In this document: piece after piece, positions 34,904 to 47,400 of the stretch
How positions within the stretch are numbered: position 1 is the stretch's first letter
Layout: each line of letters begins with the position of its first letter
Assembly: GCA_951406725.2 (NCBI GenBank)
Contig: OX597816.1
Location: 82,212,001-82,276,000, forward strand
Direction: 5' to 3'
Source of the DNA: Octopus vulgaris
Taxonomy: Eukaryota
DNA length: 64,000 bases
Program-made: the position numbers and the translations under genes
Notes under the pieces: generated by a model
What the model was told of the DNA's origin: nothing
Database searches by the model: none
What the model saw: only the letters and a program-made list of their open reading frames with translations

Positions 34904-37900
34904 GATTAGGCTTCTTCAAGAGGAATTATGATGGAAAATATTCTGGCCATGGTTAATTTGTGGCCTTACATCTAAACACAACCTACTTTTAACATATGAC
35001 TTCCACTGGAACAATTTAAATTTGAATCTGGCTCTAGTCAGCCAGATTTAGATTTAAATGTTATTCTTTTAACATGAAAAGTTTCTCCAACTATACTGCC
35101 GAGGTTAAAACTTAGCTGGATTTGAACTCAGAAGTAAAAGACAAAAGAGTTGATATCAGAAAATATCTCATTCAAAACCAGCTCTGAGTTATAGATATGT
35201 TGTTGTTGTGGTGGTGTTGGTGGTGATAGAGGTGGTGGAAACAATAATAACATCATCATCGTTTAACGCCCGTTTTCCATGCTGGCATAGGTTGGATGGT
35301 TTGATAGGAGCTGTCCCAGACTCCAATTGTTTGATATGTCATGATTTCTAAGGTCAAAGTGCCCTTCTTAACACCAATCACTTTACAGAGTATGCTGGAT
35401 GCTTCTTATGTGGATTTATGCAGCCCGAGTGCATTCTATATAGCACTGGCACCTGTAAGGGACAAGCCTGTATGTATGGATGACACCGATTTTACTTAGC
35501 TTGATGTGTCTTAAGTACAGCAAATCACCACAACTGGTCCCTTGTCATTGCCTCAGTGAGGCCCAGCGTCTGAAGATCCTTCCTCACTACTTCATCCCAT
35601 GTCTTCCTGGGTATTGGACTGTTTAGCTTGTGTGGGCTGTGAATTCAAATCCACTGTAAGCAATTTATTATCTCTATACAAGTCACTTTATTCCAGATGT
35701 CTTTATTTACTCAGTAGTTGTAAATAGTAAAGAGAACTTGTAATAGTTGTTACTTGAACAAGTCAAAGAAGTATCAAGCTCTGTCAAAGAACTCAATGCA
35801 GTGCTCTCTGTATCCATCTTGTAAATAGTTACCACAGATTAAGTAGCAGACCGCAGATAATTCATGGATGTTTCTCTACATTACAGCACTCAATTTAAAG
35901 CTTCTCTAGAGTACAGAATTCTCATGAAATTAAAAAAGATATTTGTGTTGTGAATAAATCCATCTTAGAATTTAGAGAAAATAAACTTGAGATGCAAATA
36001 TTTAACTGAAAGTATAAATTTGCAAAGAGAAGCACAGGGAGCTCTATTGATTGTGTGTATATCATTTATAATGTGCCTACAAATATGAAAAGAATGTGTT
36101 ACAAATATAGGGCACTCAGAAAGCTGGAGGATTGCCAGACATTGTTTTTGACCTAATTTAGTCTCCTCAGTGACAAATATCTTGGGTGTTCTGAGTCAAG
36201 CCGGCAATACTTGTTTCAATATAGAAGTTAAGATATAAAACATTTACTGATTTGTGCAAAAGCTAGTGAGACTAGAATTAAATTGACACAAAACAGTGTC
36301 TCTAGTGATCCAGTGGTATCCTGAGCACATCTTGGTCATTTTAACACACAAATTTCATATGAAAAGTTTCTCTGAGACAAAATATGACTGATAGTGTCTT
36401 CCACATTGTAAATGTTACATGCCCTTGTGTTTTAATATAAGGCTTTTTCAAGTGTATATATTAATTTAATAACTTCATGAGTTCAGATCTTGATACCAAC
36501 ATTGCATTGTGACCAAGACAACTTCTCTTACTTTTCAAGTGGTTCAGTCCACTTGATTGTAAATTTGTGAGTTTCGAATGAGCAAGAGCTATGATAAAAG
36601 ACATTCCACTATGACCATTCCATTTTATTTTGATATATTGTATTGAAGACTATATTGTATGACATGTCCTTTCATTTAAAAATAAAATTGTAAGGTATGA
36701 TGATTTAAGGGTGATAGCATGTGTCCCAGTGTTTGGATTTACAAATGAGTTCCAGTGGCTGGCACCAGGGTTAACTGAGCAACGGATTGGCATCCTGTTC
36801 AAGGGTAGTCATGTACTCTCAGCTTAAAGGACTTGAACATCTGGACAAGCTCTAGCCTCATGAATCTGTAGGCCATGGGGTGAAGGAGATTTGACAGGTT
36901 GAACAACCATAGAAACTTTCTAATTGGTTTTAGCTGTAAGTAGGTAACACAAGAAACATTTCACTGCTACAATCAATTGGAACAGAGTCTGATTAATGGT
37001 TGATACATTATTACCTTACAGTAATTGGTTAAACCACACTAGTAGACATAAGTTGCAGAGAAATGAGCTTCTCAAGGCTTACTCTAGATATATATATTCC
37101 ACGAAGAAAATGTTTTGAAGTTGTATTCATTTCAAATGACTCAATAAGTAACTTCCATCTCTTATTCATGAATGGCAAGCAATGTAGTATGGAATTCCTT
37201 TCTCAATGAACTGAGCTAGCTATATAATAAATATTGTATATTTAATCGTGTTGAGAATCACAAGTGGTTCAGTTGATAAGGTGCTAGATGACCAGTTAAA
37301 ATGTAAACAGTTAATGTCCACTGAATTTCCAATACTACTTAACCTATTTGTGATATGAAGAGATACAAATCACTACTGTAAGCAATAGGTAAGTGAAGGG
37401 CTAGCTTATATTCCACCATCAGTGTTACCTCATTGATTCAGTACATCTAGCTGTAAAGTAGTACCATGAAGTACAGTTCCCTCTTATTGCTCTCTAGTGG
37501 CTCTTACTATGTACTGTGACAACTGGTGCTAAGGACAGGAGACTGCAATATAAAATCACTTCAGTATATATTCTTTCTTGAGTTGCCTACAGAACAACAG
37601 TCTTCATGAGTGTTCCAATACGCAGATGGTTTTCACATTCACACACTGAAACCAATTGCTGTGGCCATACTGAAGTTGCACAGATTAAGAAAAAAAAAAA
37701 AACTTTGTTGTGGAGCATCAGAATGCCATAAATCAAACAAGGGTGACAATGGTTTTAGTTTTGTTTTTTTAAACAAGATTAATAACCACTTGCTGCTTTA
37801 ACATGGTCTATAGTGAAATGGTTGTTGCTTAGTATCAAGTCAGCTGATCAAGTAGACATATCAGTCATTCCACCTGTGATCATCCAGGCTTTTCTTTATA

Positions 37901-38149
37901 CTCACGATTACATTGTCCAATGTCTCCTTCTCTATTTCTAACAGTAAGGTGTGTTTGATCAAGATTTGGCTATGATTTTTAGCTAGCCAAACAACCCCAC
38001 AGTGGCTCCTTCATTAGCTTGTTTATGTTAGAGCAACAATATTTTAGTTGAGACAGTTAACATGACTCACTCTTAATGCCTTCATATTCAGAAAAACAAC
38101 AGCAGCAAACGGTTTTTCTTTCATAAAAGCTCACTATAGCCAAAAAAAA

Positions 38150-38403
38150 AGCTCTAAGACCCATCAAACCAAGTAAAATCACAGTTGTGACAGATACCGG
38201 TGCCATGTAAATGGCACCCATGCTAGTGGCATGTAAAAGCACCCATTACACTCTGAGAGTGGTTGGCATTAAGAAGGGCATCCAACCATAGAAACCATGC
38301 CAAATCAGACTGGAGTCTGGTGCAGCCTTCCAGCTTGCCAGCCCTGGTTAAACCATCCAACCCATGCCAGCAAGACAACGGATGCTAAATGATAATGATG
38401 ATG
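38150..38403 (+). mobile_element. RTE-family 3' end fragment
   Basis: Same conserved 3' terminal sequence and (GAT)n tail. Similar fragments lie at 11027-11160(+), 14773-15180(-), 35250-35610(-), 40485-40740(-) and 62865-62917(+). Confidence 0.8.
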
Positions 38404-40829
38404 AATAGAAGCTGTTTATTGTGATCAATGTGGAATGAAGTAGGCTGATGACATAGCAATGCCTTGCATGTTTGATACACACTAATCTTGGTAACAAAAA
38501 CTGTTTGGTAACATTATCCATGGTTATAATAAACAGTTTGCACTGCATGCAAGAAATGTGTCATAATGTAATGTCACAATATGACCTCCTCCTACTACTG
38601 ATGATGATGATGATGATGATGACTGTTTCTAAGTGAGGCACAAGGTCACAAATTTACAGATGAAGTTTGTTGGTTAATTAAATTAACATCAGCATTTATT
38701 TTATCACACTGGAAGAATGAAAGGGGCAAAGTTAACCTTGGCAGCATTTGAACTCAGACCATAAAGCACTAAAACTAAATACTGAAATGCTTTGATGATT
38801 CTGCCATCTACCACATGGTAATGATAATTATTGTCCAATATGTTCTTTATTTTTAAGGAAGATTTGAATGAATATGGCTGTTATTTCCAGCAGGTTGAGC
38901 AACCATCTAGTGCAAGCATAGACAACAGTTTTGGAGGAGTGAGCAGAATGAGACATGACTCATCATCAGGCAGCCTGGCCCACTGAAAGAATGTAAGTTA
39001 ACTTTTCATTGGCATGCCTTCCAGAAAGTCCCATGTGCTGCTGTTTGCCCATGAATGATCTAAAGGTGAATTATTCAGAGGTGTCTCAACAATCCAATGG
39101 GTTATGGAAAAGGAGAATGAAAGAACTGGAATTGAACTGAGATGCTCTCTTCAGATTGAATTACCAGAACAGGGCAGGATGTCAGTAGCATAGATTGAGA
39201 TGTATTTTTCATTTCGTATTTAATGCTCCCTATTATTATTATTTAAGACAAGGTAATTATTTACTATAATTAAATTATTTGAAGATGACGTTACTGGGAT
39301 ATAGTCAAGTAAGTTGACTCCTAGTACACTACTGGTTCTATTGTTCTTTATTTGATTCAAGATGACGTGCAAGGTAAACTCTGGTGAGGTTTGATGAAAG
39401 TATGTTGTAGTTTAAAATCAAGTTGGTCCTGAATGTATAAATCTATATTCAAAGGTGTTCCAGCCGTGATTAGTCTGATTTTCAGACAGTGTATTTAAGA
39501 TTTACAATGATCAGTAGTCTGCTTTTTTTTTGCTTTTTTCCTAAAGACTATATGGGATTGGCAGTTTTTTCCAGTGGATTGAGTGAATATATAGAAGTTG
39601 ACTTGTTTATATGAATGTGATTTGGCATTGCTATCAAGCATTTCTGACACACCACCATCCAATTTTGTTTACACTTATCTGACATGTATTGTTAATAAGA
39701 TCATCTTTCTTACTCTTAACCACCCCTTTTCTCAACGTTGGAGAGAAGCTTGTTCAATGCCACATACAAAACCCGCTTTACTTTCCACAACCCCTGACAG
39801 AAATGAATCTCATAAAACAACAAAAGTTCCCTGACCACATTATACAAATATATTCATCTTTACAGTTTCTACCAAGATGAATATGTTAGGGTTAGGGAAC
39901 ATGCATCTCAGGAAGAACACAAAGGTGGTTCACCGTCAGCCAAATGAAATAAGCTGCTGAGGGATTTGTAAATTCTCACTCTACCACTGAAGCCACATAG
40001 AAAGCTATGACATGGCTTTGAATAAAGAGAGCAGGTCCATAATGTTTGTTATAACTGGGCTGCAAGCCAGAACCTGATCAGTCTCAGCATGAACAGCTGG
40101 GAAAGGGGTCTGGTGGTGAATAATTCAAAATGCCCTTATGACCTCAGGAATATTATTGTTAGTGCATCTCAAATCATAGAATTAAAACATTTTTCAGTAT
40201 TAAATCTACACTATATGTCCACCAGTTTAATCTCCAATTGCTATCAAATGTCATACTCTTGCATGTGTATATAGCGCAAGGCTAAATTTTAATATGGAAC
40301 CTGATACATTTAGTTGAAAAAATTATAATCTTGCTTATGGCAGATAAGTACTCAATGTGTTTACAACTATTAACACATATTCTGGTTGTTAATAACTGGA
40401 GTTGACTTTATCTGTCACTATTCACTCTGTGTGGTGCCTGAAACCACAACAAAAAGTTCACAATGTTATCTTAATAGATGTAATGATGATCATCTGTTTA
40501 ACGTCCATTTTCCATGCTGGCATGGGTTGGACAGTTTGACTGAGGTCTGGAGAGCCAGTGGCTGCACCAGGCTCCAATCTGATCTGGCAATGTTTCTACA
40601 GCTTGATGCCCTTCCTAATGCCAACCACTCCGAGAGTGTAGTGAGTGCTTTTTACATGCCACAGCAAGCCAGTCAGTGGATACTGGCATTGGCCATGTTT
40701 GGATGGTGCTTTTTACGTGTCACTGACATGGGAGCCATATTTGCAAAGAATATAGTTTACTACCATTTAAATGTACAACTTTATCATATAAATTAATGTT
40801 AAGGTGTACTGCAATGTTATATTCATGAT

Positions 40830-41120
40830 TAAAAATGCTGGTCATTTGGTGCACAGGGACATTCGATAAAAGTCCTAAATGTTGGGAGAGAGTGTCTGGC
40901 AATATTTAGAAGATCCATGTGGCTTGCTAGCTGTCTTGATTTGAACTCCCTGGATAGCTACATACGGGGCATCAATGAAGTAGGACTAATTGGTAGCCTC
41001 ATAGTACCAAAGACTTGTTGGGGATGCTGTCAAAGGTATAATAGGCACGGGCACCTTATCTTGGCCAGCCATCACTTCTGTAGCCTTAAGCCCAACAGGA
41101 GTTTTGATGAATGATCTGTT
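40830..41120 (+). mobile_element. Highly decayed Tc1/mariner transposase fragment
   Basis: WLASCLDLNSLDSYIRG resembles WPPSSPDLNPLDYYVWG. Confidence 0.5.
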
Positions 41121-42149
41121 TCTTGAACATTTCTAGCTAAATGTAAGTGGAAGCAGTGTTTGCGATTACGTTTGAAATCTTTGTCTTTCTTCTCAGATAC
41201 CTTGACTTCCTGTAGATGTCAAGGGTAACTGTTACATTTTATAAGAAAAAACCAGTAATTCTGATCAACCTTTTACACAACCATGCCTGTCTTCAAGCAG
41301 TTGACTGTGAACACCAGTGCTTAGGATATTTATCTTTATATAATTATAAATGAACCTTGCACTGGTTCTGACATTGAGTATTTGAGTCATACAACAGAAT
41401 TACCTACACACTGAATATTGTAGACACTTAAATCCTTAATGCAATCTATAGAAGCAATTTGACATTGCTGCTGGCCTTTAAATTACAGCAACAGTTCATC
41501 TCATAAGATTCTACATAAGTTTGTCTACCCAATTTCACTCACAAGGATTGGGTTGACTCAAGGTTAATGTAGAAGAGGCATCACAGAAACTAATCCAGTC
41601 AGAAAATTGGATAGTTTGCATGTCATTATTAACACTTATCTGAGTAGGTTAATCCACCAAGCTGTAAGTAGTTACTTCAAGGAATGACTGCTCTAAGCAG
41701 TGGTAGCATTGTAAAATTGATGAGGGTTTTATTTGATTGCAGTGATTGAGTATAGTTTGGTGGAGGAATCGTGTCTGCCAGATAAATTATTCTAAACAGA
41801 GATGAGTAGTTCAGTGGTACTTTTATAACCCAATGAATATGTTTACCACCACAGCCAACAACAATATCACACATACACGCAGAGACCATTATAGATGAAT
41901 ATGTTTTGGTGGGGGGCAACCAAAGTGAGAAGTCAAGTCACAAATATGAATCAATAAGGTTTAATGCATTGAAATAATAAATAATCAGGGGAAATATTTT
42001 TAAAAAAATGTTGTAGTCATACTGACAGGCATAGAACTGTTGATGATGATTGTGATGATGATGATGATGACGACAACAACAAACATGTAAGGGTGGTAGA
42101 GATTGAGTAGATGATTCAGATTAATTAATACAGTTCAGGTCAGATAACT

Positions 42150-42829
42150 GTTAAATTCTCAAAATAGAGTTTTATTTTCTTCTTTTTTCATTTTACATAT
42201 TTTCAGCAGAAATAAAAAAAAAACACAAGGAAAGGAAAGAAAAAAAAACAAAAGGAAAAAAACAACAAACACAAACATTAACAATCTTATTACAGTTTCA
42301 TATGATATGAAGTATAGAAAATAAAGGTTCTTCTATCATAACATGAAAATTTACTGATTTCAATTGCCACAGAATAAGTTCATTAACAAGATTGTGGTTT
42401 AGCATGGTGATATAATAAAGGAGATTAAATTTACATAGTAGTAGCTTAAATACTGTTCATAAATGACCAAACAATTTTAGTCTTCCTGTAATTTCATGTC
42501 AAAAGCTGAAACCCTTTTTAAAATGAAAGGGGCAGAGGGGGTGAAAGCAACAAAACCCAATTTAAACAAGAGAGGCTGTTCCGAGTTTTAAATAAATGTG
42601 GATATGTTTAGGTGGAGGGGGATGATTGTTTATACACAAAATCGCACCCAACCCCAACCTTCCAGTGAAAAATCTTCTAGAAAAGTTTAAGACAAACTTA
42701 TAACTAAACATAGGGAAGCTGAATGAATTTAGTGGAACAAAGAAGTAGAAACTCAATACCAGTAGGTCTTCACTAAACCACAAATAAACAATACTACTAC
42801 TAATAATAATGTGTGTGTGTATGTATATA

Positions 42830-42876
<47 letters not shown>

Positions 42877-45407
42877 GTAGCAATCAGATATATACATGGA
42901 TAAAAAGACCCTCTAGAGGATTTTGTACTGTCATGCTATCACTTTAATACACTTGTGCATACATTCATACCAAAGCTGAAGTACAGTACCAGCTTTAAGA
43001 GCACCTACTGCTCTTGGAAACAAACAATTCATATACACACATACATACTGGATTTTATACACACACACACACACACATATAAACACTATACTCACGAACT
43101 TCCATTCAATTTGAACATGAGGTGATGGTAGGATGAATTTACATTCATAATTTACACAACACTATAAACTAACTTGTGTACCAAAGATTATATATATATA
43201 TATTTATATATATAACGAAAAAAATCTCACTAACATAACGAAAAATCTCACTAACAATAACGAAAAAATCTCACTAACATAACAATAACTTAGCAAAGTC
43301 ATCTGTGCAATGCAAAGTATTAATAATTAATATAAAGCTGCTTTCAGCCTCACATTGACCAAGTCACTAGATTAATAGGCTACATACACCTGCAAAGTTG
43401 GGTAAGCCTTGTTGTAAAGAATATGGCAGCATATTGCAATATGAAGTAGCATCTGCATAAAAAAAGGACAAAAAAAGGTAAACAAAAAAATCCCAGCCAA
43501 ACACCCCTCCCTATAAAAGTATTTTATAATTGTTGGTGATATTTAGAAAATACACTGTTTTATAAAATAATGATTTTTTTTGACCAAGCACAAGGTCCAA
43601 CATACTAGAGGGAGGGTGCATAGACAAGTGAATCAAATCCAATGTGTCACTGGTACTTACTTTAATGAACTGCGGAAGGATTTAAGACCTCAGAGATATT
43701 AAACTCTCTTTGATAGAAACATCAAAGTTCATTAAATGTCAAAACTGAGTTATTAATAACATTTATAACTGTTTGGACTATTAACATTTTCTTTCAATAT
43801 TTACATATACACTACACTTTGATTCATTTGATCTCTGATCAAATACGCAATATAGGTGTAAATATTGAAAAATAGTTTTGTTTCCAAAGATGAAAAAGTG
43901 TAAATCTTACCAAACATGCAGTCAAGTTACTGCAAAATCCATTTAAGAAGAGAGGTGGAAGAAAAGAGATATCGATTCCTGAGACACAAAGCCACTAGTC
44001 ATTTAATGAAAATGAGATTGTGTGATGTCCATGCCTTTCTCAACAGTGAGCAATAGGGGGCATAAATGAAGAAGGCCCTCAGCCATCAATTGAAACTGGG
44101 TTACTAATCTGAATCATCAGGAGCTTATCTCTTGTTTGTCATTTACAAAAAAAAAAAAAGAAAGAAAGAAAGAAAAAGATACTACTATTTATGTTGTTGT
44201 TTAATCAAACATAACTAAATGCACATGTTAAAAGTCAACTAAATATGTACTGGTCAAGTACTATTTAGTATGTGTGAGCAGGTGTGACAATGTGCATGTG
44301 CCAATGATTTAATTAGCATGTAAAAAAAGTACTTATATTAAACTATATATTAAATTGCCAACAACCAACAAAAGTTACAAAAATCAGGGATTTTACCAAT
44401 AAGGCAAAATATAGAGAGAAAGCCTAATTTATACAAAGAAAAAAAAAAAGGAGAAGTGAGACACAGCACTGGGGATGACTTCTTTTTAGATTCTATCAAT
44501 TGGAGATTTAAAAAAAAAAATTTAATTCATATTATTTTAATGAAATACTTTGAATAATAAACACTGAAATATAATGAGTCTTTTTATCTTAATCTGTTAT
44601 ATAAAATGCTGTAAAAAAAAAAATAAATACTATGAGAGAAATACAGGCAGGCAGACAGACACAGAGAGAAAGAGAGAGACACACACACACAGGAAAAGCA
44701 GTTTAAATACATATTTTATTCAGATTAAAATCTTTTTCCAGACTGGATAAAGGTTGCCAATCAAACTAAAGAGAAGGAGAAGTTATAGTAGAAAGAGAAA
44801 GAAGAGAGATAGAGATAGAAAGAGAGAGAGAGAGAAGAAAAAATTCTCAAAAAAAGTTTTCAAATATTTATGCAAATAATTTTTTTTTCTTTCTTTCCCC
44901 AATCAACAGTTTTTGATTGCTATTTCGTGTGTTCATGTATGCAAGCATGTGTGTTTATATACTTATATATATGTGTGTGTTTGTATGTGTTTTACTGTCT
45001 TGTTTGTAATTACTATGCAACGTAGAGAGGAGCAGATGACGGAGAGAGATAAAGAGAGAGAGAGGCCATTGACAGGAATAAGATGGCTGTCAGTTCTAGG
45101 AGCATTCAGCTCAGGCCTTACAAGACACCCAAGAAATAAATTACAGCGGCTGTGCCCAAGACATAGATCTCCACAGGCTATGTACAAGAAGCTGTACAAT
45201 TTTGGCACTACAGTCCTCTAGTGTTTTCCTTTAATTTTATTCCTTTATATTTTTTAAATTTTAAGTTTTTCTCTTTTTTTTAAATTTTAGTTATCATTAT
45301 TATTTTTATTTTTTCACACAGTTTTAACAGTGGTCTCCTCCCCCAATCCCTCCCCAAAACACAAGAAACTTAAACCACATTGTTGCTAAGGTCCAGTGAT
45401 CAAGCTG
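42150..45407 (-). other. Probable long 3' UTR of the B56 gene with candidate poly(A) signals
   Basis: About 3.2 kb with no recognisable interspersed repeats, U-rich on the minus strand. AATAAA on the minus strand (plus TTTATT) at ~45236, ~45305, ~44715 and 42171-42176. The 3' end is inferred. Confidence 0.55.
43213..43279. repeat. 3 x ~22-bp tandem repeat (taacgaaaaaatctcactaaca) in the presumptive 3' UTR
   Basis: Three units differing mainly in A-run length. Confidence 0.9.
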
Positions 45408-45507
45408 TTAAGATGGAGTCTTGTTGATGAATCTAGTCTTGTTGTTAACTTCAAGCTTTTCAAGTTCTCTCCACAGTTCTTCTCTGTCCTTCTCTCTTTT
45501 TTTCTCC
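45408..45507 (-). CDS. PPP2R5: PP2A B56 regulatory subunit terminal coding exon (R-EKKREKDREELWRELEKLEVNNKTRFINKTPS*)
   Basis: After acceptor ...tgtgaag|, the first G completes the split AG|G Arg codon from the previous exon. Matches the B56 C-terminal EKKKEKEREELWKKLE helix. TAA at 45410-45408. The ORF track shows only a different frame here. Confidence 0.9.
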
Positions 45508-46579
45508 CTTCACATTGAGAATTTCCAAAAAAGAGAATAAAAACAAAAACAAAATTATAAAAAGAAAAAAATAAACAAAACAATTTCATTTGAAAGACAT
45601 ACAAAAGTTGATATTTTACACATTACACACATATTTCCAACTGTTCAGAGGGTTCCCTACAAGTAGTTGACAGCTTCCATTCTCTGGATGACTGATTTAC
45701 CACTGGAGGAGAATGTTCCAGAAGCACAGAGCTAGAGCAAGAACAAACAGCATAAGTCTAGGGAGCTTTTACTTGTGATTGCAACAAAGGGATTTTCTCA
45801 CCAAGGAGTAGATTGTATGACACTTGTGAATAAAGTGCAATGTTGCATGTTAGAGAGGCACTGAATTTGGAAAGAAATGAAGTGAGCATGCTACGTTGGG
45901 TGAGTAATGTTAGAATACATGGATGAGCTAAGTATAAGAGGAATCAATAGTAGTGTGCCAGAGAAGACTGAACTGATACAGACATGTGATATGGATAGAT
46001 GATAGACAGGTAAAGAAGTACCATCTTGTGAGTGAATGACGGTCAAGGAAGATATGACAAGATGTGTGGAAGGTTGATATTAGGAGGGTGAATTTTATGA
46101 AGGAAATAATAAAAGTCTGCAACAAGTGATGAGACTATGTTCATAAAGACCTAACCAGCTTATGCAAGCAAAACAAAAAAAAAAAAATAATAAAATAAAG
46201 ATGAGCATAGTGTTTGTGTATCCATGTTAACAAACTGGAAAAATAAGTACTTGACTTTGGAAAATGAAAAGGTGGATAAACAATTCTTTTAATAGAATAA
46301 GATGGTATTCAAAAAACATCCAGTATGAAATATTCACTACGCACACAAAACGCCAATCTTCAGGTGTGTATTCTTTTATTCTTTTACTTATTTGTCATGC
46401 TGAAGCACTACCTTTAGTCGAGCAGGAAATATTCTTTGTAAGCCTAGTTTTTATTATATTGGTCTCTTTTGCCGAACTGCTAAGTTATGGGGACGTAAAC
46501 ACACCCACCAACATTGGTGTCAAGTGATGGTGGGGACACACAGACACACAAATACATAAATATCCGTCAAATGTAAATA

Positions 46580-46632
<53 letters not shown>

Positions 46633-47400
46633 TATATGATGGGCTTCTTTCAGTTTCCATCTACCAAATCCACTCACAAGGCTTTTGGTTGGCCTGAGGC
46701 TATAGTAGAAGGCACTTGCCCAAGGTGCCACATAGTGAGATTGAGCCCGGAATCATGTGGTTGGGAAGCAAGCTTCTTACCACTCCCGTTTTGTAAATCT
46801 ATGGAGACAGCCTTTGATGATGATGTTACTACTACAAAGAAATTTTCCAAAAGCTATTTTGTATGCATAAGAATCTTTACTAAGGATACTTCAGACTACA
46901 CTAAACTTTAACATATCTTTATGACTTGTATTGAGTACCTTTTACCTCTTATTTGTTTCTGTGTTAATTTAGATTTCAGTCTTATAGCTGGCAGTTATCT
47001 GTGTTATCACAGCATCAGCAATCAAAAATGTTCAAATAAGAGGTTTCATCATAATACTACAGGTTGCATATAATGATTAATTATGTATTGATAAATTCCA
47101 GTTATTTATCTTTTTATAAATATAACACTACCCTACCGCAATTTCTTTTCTTTGTATTACTAATCAATACAAAATAATATTTCAAACAGTCATTTGGATA
47201 CATTGGTTTAATTCACTCTATTCGTATCCTGGCAGAACATATGGTCAAACAGATTGTATAACCAGAGAATTAATTATGGATTACTGTCATGCCTCCAACA
47301 CTCATGGCTACTCTAGAGGACAGTGCATAAATGTTAAATTATTCTATCTAGAAGTTAAATTTGTTTAAACTAATGATAATGAATCATTAAGTGTTCTATC

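Noticed and set aside
45386-45604. 72-aa minus-strand ORF from the track
   Set aside because: Wrong frame. The real coding exon (45408-45507) is in another frame, set by the phase-2 splice.
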